DNA of 64,000 nt. Origin: Enterobacter phage fGh-Ecl02. Under the pieces are notes generated by a model, which was not told where the DNA came from, did not search any database, and saw only the letters and a list, made by a program, of their open reading frames with translations. The translations under genes were made by a program, and so were the position numbers. Positions 38,779 through 47,380 of this stretch are shown piece by piece (the stretch's first letter is position 1; each line of letters begins with the position of its first letter). The DNA lies in sequence record ON212266.1; one strand, 5' to 3'.

Positions 38779-38800
38779 TACTAAATATCTCTATAATGGC
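38779..38800 (+). promoter_or_regulatory. late-promoter motif CTAAATAtc upstream of the 1612-aa gene
   Basis: tgtatactaaatatctctataatggc. Confidence 0.4.
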
Positions 38801-38821
38801 ACCTATCGATGGAGCATCAAA

Positions 38822-41800
38822 ATGCAAGAAATGAACCTCAACCGCCGCCCATACTGGGATGATTGGAATCCAGAGAAGCGTTTTTCGCGCATCCTATTCC
38901 GTCCGGCACCTATCAAAGTTCAGACTCGTGAACTGAACCAGATGCAGACCATCTTCCAGGATCAACTGGAGAAACTTGGCAACCATCTGTTCAAAGACGG
39001 TTCAATGGTTATCCCCGGCGGCCTAACGATCACCAACACTGCTGTGTCCATGAAGTTCACTCTGGCTGGTGGTAGTGAGTTCACTGATCTGGAAGGTATC
39101 TCCGAACTCTATGTTCTGGGCAAGGACAACAATGCGAAAGCACGCGTCCTGTCCTTGGAACGTTATCCAGCTGAGCCAGATACAATGTATGCCATCTTAG
39201 AGATGACTGAAAGTGGTAGTTCAGACGGTTTCGAAGCTGGCGATAATCTATACTTCAACACCTATGACGTGAACGATAACTTCATCCGTGTCGGCTATGG
39301 CGTGGCCGATACTGTTGGCGGTTCGATTGTCGCTCGCATGACAAAGGGTGTTTATTTCGTTCGTGGTATGTTCCTGGATGTTGAACCAACCACTTTGATC
39401 GTAGACAACGCATCGAACTCTACATCTCACCGCATTGGTTTCAAAGTTACAGAAACAATCGTGACCGAAGCAGAAGATGAAAGTCTGTTCTCCAATGCTC
39501 AGGGTACTCCGAACTCTAAAGCCCCTGGTGCGCATCGCCTGCGCGTCGACCTCGTGTTGTCTCGCTACGGTTATGATGAAGAAGTGGCCGACTTCGTTGA
39601 ACTGGCGAAGGTGAAAGACGGTCGCATTCAGTCCATGGTCACCCAGTCAACGTACAACATCCTCGAAGACGCCATGGCTCAGCGTACCTATGAGACCAAT
39701 GGTGACTACAACGTCTCTACTCACCAGATCGACCTGCGCGAACATCTGAAAGAGAACAACAACGGCGGCGTTTACACTCCGGCTGAAGGTGGTGATGAAA
39801 GCAAATTCGTGGCTGTTATGAAGCCAGGCATTTCCTACGTTCGCGGTCGTCGTATCGAAAACCTCGGCGAAGAGCTGGTCATAATTGACAAAGCCCGTGA
39901 CACTGATATCCTGAACAACAACCCTGTGGCTGTTTCGACTGGCAACTATCTGGTGTCCAAGAACTCCAAAGGGGTTCCGGTTGTCTCCCGCACAATCCGC
40001 TACAAGTTCCTGAACGCATCCAGCGATGTGCAGGCCACCGCCCTGCTGATTTCGGCAGAGCGCTCCGGTACTGAATTCCGTCTGTATATGCGCGACCTGG
40101 TTGTGACTGGGGACATGGGCACGGTGACCAAAGTCGCTTATGAAGAAAGCGGTACAACGATGTTCTCCTGCGAACTGGAGTCCAATCAGTTCAGTCAGAG
40201 TTCAGCAATTGACCTGATCTTCCCTCTGCCTGTATTTGGTGTGAAGACTCTAGCACCTACAGGCACCATCGACATCAACTACACTGTCCTGCGGTCAAAC
40301 AAGATCACGTTGAACGCCGCTGGTGCAGGCTCAATCTCCGCTCCTCTGGGTTACAGCTTCAGCCCTGAGTTTTCACTGTACTCCGCAGCGAAGGCAGATG
40401 GCACTGCAGCTCAGTTTGATATCTCTTCGGGACTGTCCCTGGCTGGTACTCCGGTTGGTTCAGCACTGCAGATTTCCCTGGGCGCGGGGTATGCCAACCA
40501 GTCTATCAACCTGTTGGCATTGATGGTCCGCACCACAGCGACGATCAAGACCAAGACTGTTACCGAAGCCACCGAGACTGTGACGTTTACGGCGGCGGCC
40601 AGCACACAACTTGGGAACCATGATGGATACAAGCTGATCAGCGTGAAGAACGCAAATGGCGCTGACGTCACCTCTAACTTCACTCTGGACGGTGGTCAAC
40701 GCGATGCGGCATACTACCTTTCTAACCTCATATCGTCCACTGGAGCCATTTCAGGGACGTTCACGGTGGTGTATCAGTATTTCGCTCACAGCTCTGGTGA
40801 TTTCTTCACAGCGGACTCCTATTCGTCCATCAACTACCCAGACATCCCGAACTATGTTTCATCCAGTTCTGGTACTGTGTATGGGTTGGCCGACAGTCTG
40901 GACTTCCGTCCCAAGATCACCAGCGGAGCGTCTGACACGGACATGGTTCGCCCGAATACCGCGATCATCCTAGATGCAGAGTACTATCTGCCTCGTATTG
41001 ATGCTGTGTATCTGGCAGACAACGGTGTGTTCAACGTTGCTCGTGGTGTGAGTTCCAACAACCTGGCTTCCCCTGCGATCCCAGACAACGGCATGCGCCT
41101 GTATGAATTGATGATCCCACCATACACGGCCAACATCGACGACATCCAGATTCGTACTATCGACAACCGCCGCTACACGATGCGCGATATCGGTAAACTG
41201 GAGACCCGTATCTCCAATGTCGAATATTACACCTCACTGTCTCAGCTGGAATCCTCGGCGATGTCACAACAGGTGTTCGATCCAATTACTGGCAACCCGC
41301 GCTTCAAGAACGGTATCGCAGCAGACCCGTTCAAAGACTTCCGTCTGATCGACGATTTGTCTGCAGACTGGGTGGGTTCAATCGACACTGACAATGGTCG
41401 CCTGCGCCCGTTTGTTCAGCAGAACGCGATTGACCTGACGCCAGTCGGTTGGAACAACGTTCAGGATGGCATGGTTGTGTGCAACTACACCCGTGAGATC
41501 TCTGTCCGCCAGGACTATGCAACCACGACCATCAACGTGAACCCGTATGCGGTGTTCAACTGGGAAGGATTCCTGAAACTGAACCCAACTACTGATTACT
41601 GGTTTGAGAACTACTATGTTACTCCACGTGTGATCAACGAAACGATCAACACCCGTGGTGCGATCAAAGAAGGTTCCGTGTATGGCACATGGCGTACTGT
41701 GTCCGTGTCTGAGCGTGTGTGGGAACCGCATGGTGCAGGTGGTGTATGGTGGGGCTATCGCTACCGCACGACTGTGTCTACCCGTGACGTCACCACGTAC

Positions 41801-43660
41801 ACGTACACCGACAAGACGACCACTACCCTGACTGGCGAGCAGATCGTTGAAACGCAGGTAATCCCATACATGCGCAAAACGAACATCAACTTCGAAGCCA
41901 CAGGTCTGCGTCCGTTCACTCGTGTGTATCCGTTCTTCTCTGGACGTGATGTGAGCGCGTACTGTACCCCAAACGGTGGTGTACTGGGTGGTGCGTTGAA
42001 CACTGATGCCAACGGCAACATCAAAGGTGTGTTTGCGGTTCCTCAGAACGAGACTATCAAGTTTAACACGGGTGACAACGTCTTCCGTCTGACTGACAGT
42101 CCTGTGGACAGCAAGTCTGCTGATGATACCCTGACCAATGCCGAGGCTGTTCATAAGTCCTTCGGCAAGAAACAGGGCATCCAGAAGACTTATGTCAACA
42201 CCCGCGTCCTGGGATACACTGCGACCAAGTCTACGGAAAACAAAACAGAGACGGTTGAAGTCGCGAAGTGGAAAGACCCGATTGCTCAATCCTTCATGGT
42301 TGCCACCAATATCGGCGGCGAATACATCGAAGGTATCGAAGTATTCTTCTCTACTAAGTCTCGCGATATTCCAATCACTCTGGAAATCCGCGAGATGAGC
42401 AATGGTCTGCCAGCGACGACTGTCGTCACTCGTAAGACTCTGAATCCATCAGAAGTTTCCATCTCCACAGACTCTTCTGTGCCGACGATGTTCAAGTTTG
42501 ATTATCCTGTGTATCTACAGGCGCAAACCGAGTTCGCGATTGTTCTCTTGGCCAACACTCAAGATTACAATGCGTACATCGCAGAGATGGGCAAGAAGAA
42601 CTTGCTGACCAACGAGTTCATTGCCAAACAGCCGTACACTGGCGTGTTCTTCACATCTTCAAATGGTACGACCTGGACTCCAAACCAGACTGCCGATATG
42701 AAGTTCCGTGTGTATCGCTGTAACTTCTCCGCTGGTTCAAACATCGTGACCTTCGATGCTAAAGTCGGTCCGAAGATCCGCCCTCTGGGTCTGAATACCG
42801 TGAAATGTGTCAACGGTTCTTCAACTGTTACTGTGTACGCTCCGGGGCATGGCCTGACTGCGGGTGAAAGTGTTACTCTGTCTGGGTTGACGGGTGGTTG
42901 CGGTTTCACTCCTGAGCAACTGAACGCTCAACACACTGTGACTGATGCGACGTTCACGACGTTCAAATTCGTTCTGAGTTCCAACGCCGACTCCGACGGT
43001 CAGATTGGCGGTGAAGCGGCTTCTTTCCTAGGCAACTACTTGGTAGACATGTTCTACGCAAGCGTCACCAATTCAGCCCTGGAAGGATCTGTGTTGAAAC
43101 TGGAATACCGCTATCGCGATGCGACCTCCAACTCATTCTCTGATTGGGTCGAGTTCGAATCCGATACGGACGTGTCTCTGCCGACGGAAGGTATCTATCG
43201 TCAGGTGGGTGACTTCCAGGTTCGTGCAACCATGACTCGCAACGAGAGTAATGTCTACACGGCTCCAATGATCGACGGTGATGATTTCACTATCATCTTC
43301 AACACCTACGGTGTGGATCCGTTTGAAGATGTGTTCAGCTATGTGACCAAGGATATCGGATTCGATAACCCTTGCACCACTCTGAAACAATACTTCGGCG
43401 CGATGCTACCTTCTCAGTCTTCAATGACTGTACAGGTTAAACTGCTGCGCGCAGGTCAGGAGATGGATGACGTGGAATGGGAAACTGTGACACCGACATC
43501 CCCTCTGGTCAATGACGGTTCTGCATTCTTCGAATATGAGTATGACAAGACTGTAGCCAGTACCAATCCTTTCGTTGGCCTGAAGATCCGCCTGCTGGTC
43601 AGAGGCAACCGCATAGCACCGCCGTCATTCAAAGATTTCCGTTTGATTGCTCTGGCATAA
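38822..43660 (+). CDS. large virion structural protein 1612 aa (baseplate/fibre-associated)
   Basis: Sits in the T4 gp7-gp12/wac position between the tailspikes and the neck genes. No catalytic motifs. Confidence 0.6.
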   Translation: MQEMNLNRRPYWDDWNPEKRFSRILFRPAPIKVQTRELNQMQTIFQDQLEKLGNHLFKDGSMVIPGGLTITNTAVSMKFTLAGGSEFTDLEGISELYVLGKDNNAKARVLSLERYPAEPDTMYAILEMTESGSSDGFEAGDNLYFNTYDVNDNFIRVGYGVADTVGGSIVARMTKGVYFVRGMFLDVEPTTLIVDNASNSTSHRIGFKVTETIVTEAEDESLFSNAQGTPNSKAPGAHRLRVDLVLSRYGYDEEVADFVELAKVKDGRIQSMVTQSTYNILEDAMAQRTYETNGDYNVSTHQIDLREHLKENNNGGVYTPAEGGDESKFVAVMKPGISYVRGRRIENLGEELVIIDKARDTDILNNNPVAVSTGNYLVSKNSKGVPVVSRTIRYKFLNASSDVQATALLISAERSGTEFRLYMRDLVVTGDMGTVTKVAYEESGTTMFSCELESNQFSQSSAIDLIFPLPVFGVKTLAPTGTIDINYTVLRSNKITLNAAGAGSISAPLGYSFSPEFSLYSAAKADGTAAQFDISSGLSLAGTPVGSALQISLGAGYANQSINLLALMVRTTATIKTKTVTEATETVTFTAAASTQLGNHDGYKLISVKNANGADVTSNFTLDGGQRDAAYYLSNLISSTGAISGTFTVVYQYFAHSSGDFFTADSYSSINYPDIPNYVSSSSGTVYGLADSLDFRPKITSGASDTDMVRPNTAIILDAEYYLPRIDAVYLADNGVFNVARGVSSNNLASPAIPDNGMRLYELMIPPYTANIDDIQIRTIDNRRYTMRDIGKLETRISNVEYYTSLSQLESSAMSQQVFDPITGNPRFKNGIAADPFKDFRLIDDLSADWVGSIDTDNGRLRPFVQQNAIDLTPVGWNNVQDGMVVCNYTREISVRQDYATTTINVNPYAVFNWEGFLKLNPTTDYWFENYYVTPRVINETINTRGAIKEGSVYGTWRTVSVSERVWEPHGAGGVWWGYRYRTTVSTRDVTTYTYTDKTTTTLTGEQIVETQVIPYMRKTNINFEATGLRPFTRVYPFFSGRDVSAYCTPNGGVLGGALNTDANGNIKGVFAVPQNETIKFNTGDNVFRLTDSPVDSKSADDTLTNAEAVHKSFGKKQGIQKTYVNTRVLGYTATKSTENKTETVEVAKWKDPIAQSFMVATNIGGEYIEGIEVFFSTKSRDIPITLEIREMSNGLPATTVVTRKTLNPSEVSISTDSSVPTMFKFDYPVYLQAQTEFAIVLLANTQDYNAYIAEMGKKNLLTNEFIAKQPYTGVFFTSSNGTTWTPNQTADMKFRVYRCNFSAGSNIVTFDAKVGPKIRPLGLNTVKCVNGSSTVTVYAPGHGLTAGESVTLSGLTGGCGFTPEQLNAQHTVTDATFTTFKFVLSSNADSDGQIGGEAASFLGNYLVDMFYASVTNSALEGSVLKLEYRYRDATSNSFSDWVEFESDTDVSLPTEGIYRQVGDFQVRATMTRNESNVYTAPMIDGDDFTIIFNTYGVDPFEDVFSYVTKDIGFDNPCTTLKQYFGAMLPSQSSMTVQVKLLRAGQEMDDVEWETVTPTSPLVNDGSAFFEYEYDKTVASTNPFVGLKIRLLVRGNRIAPPSFKDFRLIALA

Positions 43661-43671
43661 GTAGTATTAAC

Positions 43672-43692
43672 AAGGCGGGGTTGCCCCGCCAT
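43672..43692 (+). terminator. hairpin ggcggggttgccccgcc (weak terminator, no T-run)
   Basis: The same hairpin core occurs in the terminator at 45024-45050. Confidence 0.35.
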
Positions 43693-43709
43693 TAACAGAG
43701 GATATTATC

Positions 43710-43958
43710 ATGCGTGGTGTAAAAGTACAAGGGCATGCATCGATGATGAGAAGTAGCTCTTGCCCTGGGGCTATCATCTGCACAGACAATGCTGCCGGTT
43801 TGGCAGCACTGAACGCTCGTCGAAATCAGGAAGAAAAGGACAGAACTATTGCAGCGCAGGCAGCGCAAATAGATCAACTGACAGCGATGGTACAACTCAT
43901 GGCAGAACACCTCGGGATTGAACTCCCGTCAGGAGGCCAAGATGGCAACCCAAACTGA
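43710..43958 (+). CDS. hypothetical protein 82 aa
   Basis: Short ORF with RBS aggata. Confidence 0.3.
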   Translation: MRGVKVQGHASMMRSSSCPGAIICTDNAAGLAALNARRNQEEKDRTIAAQAAQIDQLTAMVQLMAEHLGIELPSGGQDGNPN

Positions 43959-44280
43959 CACTGTGATCGATGTGAAAGCGATCCTCACCGGGGTGCTGAC
44001 GGCGACGATAGTCTCTGTTGGCTCGGTTGTTTGGATGATGGGTAAATTTGAGAATCGCCTTGATGTGGTTGAGCGTGACTCCAACAAGGTCGACCTAATC
44101 CTCACCAAGGTGAACGATATGAATGAGAAGATTGCTGTGTTAAACACAGACGTTAACTACGTCAAGCAGAACGTTGCTGAGTTGAAACTCAATAGCAACA
44201 GTCTATCCGATGACGTTCGCACTTTACGTATCACCGTCGCTGATATCCAGAGCAACAAGGGGAATGGCAATGGCCGTTAA
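43942..44280 (+). CDS. membrane-anchored coiled-coil protein about 112 aa (type-II topology, i-spanin-like)
   Basis: TM 'ILTGVLTATIVSVGSVVWMMG' followed by a heptad-rich region. Confidence 0.4.
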   Translation: MATQTDTVIDVKAILTGVLTATIVSVGSVVWMMGKFENRLDVVERDSNKVDLILTKVNDMNEKIAVLNTDVNYVKQNVAELKLNSNSLSDDVRTLRITVADIQSNKGNGNGR

Positions 44281-45022
44281 TTCTATTGTTGATCGTAAAG
44301 GATTTATGAATTACATTCTCAAGAAATTGGGGGCACCTGTAATTCAGATCAACCTTGACCCAACGCAAGTTTCGGATGCTGTAGACGATGCTCTACAGAA
44401 GTTTTGGGAGTATCATCGTGATGGCAGTCAGGACGCATTCTTTGTTCACCAGGTGACTGAAGAAACTATCACCAACGGTTACATCGAATTCCCCAAAGAC
44501 ATCGACGACGTGGTTGAAGTCATCGTTGGCCCTCCGATTGAATCGATCGGTAACTGGGCAACCCCTCAATGGCAGATGGCCCAAGCCATGTTGGTACCAA
44601 AGGCTGCCCTCGTTTCCATCCGCTTGGTCGACTATGTTTCAATGCAACAGCGTTTGTCTGACATCACCAGTGTACTGAACGTGAAGCGCACCTTCGTTTA
44701 CAAGAAATTCCAGCGCAAACTCTACCCACAATTCGCCCTGATAAAGGACGAGGTGTTGGCGTTCAAATGCTTCCAGAACATCGACCCAGAGGTTGAGGGT
44801 AATGAAGAAGCATGGAATGATATGTGGCTGAAGGCATATGCAACTGCGTTGGTCAAGCGCCGCTGGGCAGAAGTGCTCAAGAAGGCAAGAGGCATCCGTC
44901 TCCCTGGCGGTATCGAGCTGGATGGCGATAGTATGTTCAGTGAGGCTGAAGCGGAGATCGAGCGTTTAGAGGAAGAACTGCGCACTGGTCAGCAGTACCC
45001 TATCGACTTCTACATAGGGTAA
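44264..45022 (+). CDS. neck protein (T4 gp13-like) about 252 aa
   Basis: Position and order immediately before the gp14/gp15 genes. Confidence 0.55.
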   Translation: MAMAVNSIVDRKGFMNYILKKLGAPVIQINLDPTQVSDAVDDALQKFWEYHRDGSQDAFFVHQVTEETITNGYIEFPKDIDDVVEVIVGPPIESIGNWATPQWQMAQAMLVPKAALVSIRLVDYVSMQQRLSDITSVLNVKRTFVYKKFQRKLYPQFALIKDEVLAFKCFQNIDPEVEGNEEAWNDMWLKAYATALVKRRWAEVLKKARGIRLPGGIELDGDSMFSEAEAEIERLEEELRTGQQYPIDFYIG

Positions 45023-45023
45023 G

Positions 45024-45052
45024 AGAAGGCGGGTTGCCCCGCCCTTCTTTTA
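45024..45052. terminator. bidirectional rho-independent terminator
   Basis: agaaggcggg-gttg-ccccgcccttcttttag. Confidence 0.55.
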
Positions 45053-45262
45053 GATTTTCAAATCCAGGTTTCCGTTGCCACTACCACGCAGCAGACCGTC
45101 TTCTGTCTTGTCTTTGGAGTTCCACCACTCAATGAAGTCTGTGCCGTCTACTTCTTTCACCAGACCGACGATGTCGTAATCACCACCTCCAATCTTGGCG
45201 TCCACACAGATGATTCGGACGCGACGACCGCTGCGAACTTCTTTGATGTCTTCCACTTGCAT
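45050..45262 (-). CDS. hypothetical protein 70 aa (opposite strand inside the late module)
   Basis: ORF with RBS gagga on the minus strand. Confidence 0.35.
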   Translation of the reverse strand: MQVEDIKEVRSGRRVRIICVDAKIGGGDYDIVGLVKEVDGTDFIEWWNSKDKTEDGLLRGSGNGNLDLKI

Positions 45263-45287
45263 GAGCTATTCCTCAAAAGAATAAACT

Positions 45288-45305
45288 TCGACTAAATACC
45301 TTCAA
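45288..45305 (+). promoter_or_regulatory. late-promoter motif CTAAATAcc
   Basis: cgactaaataccttcaaaattgagggtatcgatATG. Confidence 0.45.
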
Positions 45306-45321
45306 AATTGAGGGTATCGAT

Positions 45322-45972
45322 ATGGCCACTTCTAAATATTTCAACGCCACCAATCACCAAGGCACACAGAAGCTGATTGAAGATTTGGTACAGGAAATGA
45401 TTGAGTTGCGCGGGATAGACATCAAGTATATACCCCGTTCCATCGTTGAAAAATTTCCTATCACCAACGATGCTAACCACAGATTCGACCAGGCGTTCGA
45501 CATCGAAGCGTACATGCAGGATTATCAGGGCTTCAACACCCAGATGTGGGAGAAGTTTGGGGGTATCCAATTACAAGACGAAGTGACGTTCTCTATCTCG
45601 CGCCGCCGATTTGCCGAGGTGATAGGCAACGGTGTTGGGATTGAACAACAACCTCAGGAAGGTGACCTGATCTATCTACCACTGGCGAACAAGATCTTCA
45701 AGGTCAACAACCCGAACAACGATGAAGACTTCATGCAATTTGGCAAATGGTATACATTCTCTCTGCCGTGCACGTTGTTCCAGTACGGCAACGAAAACTT
45801 CGATACGGGCGTTCCGGAGATCGACGATATTGACAAACGTCTGTCCATCTTGGACGAAGAGAACGAACCGGACGTGTACAAGGATTCTTCTCTACAGACT
45901 GACAATGCTTTAGCAGATGATCTTGAGAAGGGGCTTGCAACAGACAATATGAAGATCGACTTTGGAGAATAA
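45322..45972 (+). CDS. neck protein (T4 gp14-like) 216 aa
   Basis: Gene order gp13-gp14-gp15-gp16-gp17. Confidence 0.55.
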   Translation: MATSKYFNATNHQGTQKLIEDLVQEMIELRGIDIKYIPRSIVEKFPITNDANHRFDQAFDIEAYMQDYQGFNTQMWEKFGGIQLQDEVTFSISRRRFAEVIGNGVGIEQQPQEGDLIYLPLANKIFKVNNPNNDEDFMQFGKWYTFSLPCTLFQYGNENFDTGVPEIDDIDKRLSILDEENEPDVYKDSSLQTDNALADDLEKGLATDNMKIDFGE

Positions 45973-45974
45973 TC

Positions 45975-46670
45975 ATGGCCAGACCATTTGAAAATTACTT
46001 CTACCATGATTCATTGATGAAATACATCAATCTGTTTGCCACCATTATGTCTGATCTGAAGGTGAACACAGAGCGTGGTCTTATGGAAGTCCCATTACAC
46101 ATGGCCATCGGGAGACGCAATGACCTCAACAGGAACGTGCCGTCCAACATGCTTCCATTTGCGACTTTCTCTTTTGGTCAGTTTGAGATCAACAAACAGG
46201 TGACGAAGACGTACCACAATCGACAATCGACACCAACAGCAGGGGCGAAGCAGCGAATCCCCCTGATTATCGATTTTGAGTACAATATCCGAACCAAGAA
46301 ATTGGTTGAGATGTTACAGGTGCTAGAGCAGGTTTATTCGGTATTCACCCCCTCTCTAGACTGTGGTATCAAGGACAACGATACACTACAGCAAGACCAG
46401 AAGATCAAGATCCAACTGGTCAGCCACCAGATGTCCGATAACTGGGAAGGGGATGCTTCTGATTCACCACACGTCGACTGCTCCTTCATGTTCCAGCTGA
46501 GCGGCTTCATCTACGGGTATGACTATTGGGTGGACAACGGTGGAGGCGGGGATCCTAACGGGATCAAAGAGATAATTATCGAAATGTCTAATGATTTGAA
46601 AACACCGTGGACGGAACTGCCGGAGTGGTTCCGTGTTGACAAAGACGGTGTACATCATCCTGGAGATTGA
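45975..46670 (+). CDS. tail sheath stabiliser/completion protein (T4 gp15-like) 231 aa
   Basis: Gene order and size. Confidence 0.55.
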   Translation: MARPFENYFYHDSLMKYINLFATIMSDLKVNTERGLMEVPLHMAIGRRNDLNRNVPSNMLPFATFSFGQFEINKQVTKTYHNRQSTPTAGAKQRIPLIIDFEYNIRTKKLVEMLQVLEQVYSVFTPSLDCGIKDNDTLQQDQKIKIQLVSHQMSDNWEGDASDSPHVDCSFMFQLSGFIYGYDYWVDNGGGGDPNGIKEIIIEMSNDLKTPWTELPEWFRVDKDGVHHPGD

Positions 46671-47380
46671 TTATGAGTGCTATGTCAGAACGCCTATTAT
46701 CCACCCTCAGCGCTATCCAAGCGCGAGATGAGGTCGCTCAAGAAGTCATGGAGAAGACCTCGCCTGTGGCTGGAAAGGATTACGATCCGGATACAGGCGT
46801 GTGGTTGGGTGAAAAGCCTGTGGGGTATGAGCCTGTGGTGTTTCCTCCTTCATTGGACCCAGAAGAGCTGAAGCCCAAGGAATCTAAGGTTCCAGACTTC
46901 GAAGACACTGATGCCACCACCGACTACAAACGCATCCGTGACACAACTTATGCCATGCAGGAAGCCACGATGTTCATGATGGGACAGGCAGCCAAACTTG
47001 CGACGACGACTGAAGCACCCCGTGCTTTCACAGTCTTCAAAGAGTTGGGTGAACTCATGCGCGGTCTGAACAAAGACCTGATGGAGAACCAGAAAACCAT
47101 CAAGGCGGTCACGGGCGACAGAGAGCCGCCTCCTGGAGACGAAACAACCGTCGAGGTCACCACGTCCCCTGATGGCACAACCACGGTCAACGTCGGTAAA
47201 CAGGCCAGGTCTTCCCGTGATCTACTGAAGACCATCGAAGACGCCCGTAAACGTGCTGAAGAACGTGCTGCAGCGAAATCTGCGTCCAAAGGACCTGATC
47301 CCGAAGAAGATGTAATCGACGTTCAGGCGGAGCCGCAGCCGAAGGAAGAAGGTGAAGACAATGGCGTATCAGAAGCGTGA
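46667..47380 (+). CDS. terminase small subunit (T4 gp16-like) about 235 aa
   Basis: Immediately upstream of and overlapping the terminase large subunit gene. Acidic/charged C-terminus. Confidence 0.55.
   Translation: MIMSAMSERLLSTLSAIQARDEVAQEVMEKTSPVAGKDYDPDTGVWLGEKPVGYEPVVFPPSLDPEELKPKESKVPDFEDTDATTDYKRIRDTTYAMQEATMFMMGQAAKLATTTEAPRAFTVFKELGELMRGLNKDLMENQKTIKAVTGDREPPPGDETTVEVTTSPDGTTTVNVGKQARSSRDLLKTIEDARKRAEERAAAKSASKGPDPEEDVIDVQAEPQPKEEGEDNGVSEA

Noticed and set aside
41378-42289. 303-aa minus-strand ORF, and other minus ORFs within 38.8-43.7 kb
   Set aside because: They are embedded antisense in the 1612-aa structural gene, inside a plus-strand late operon.
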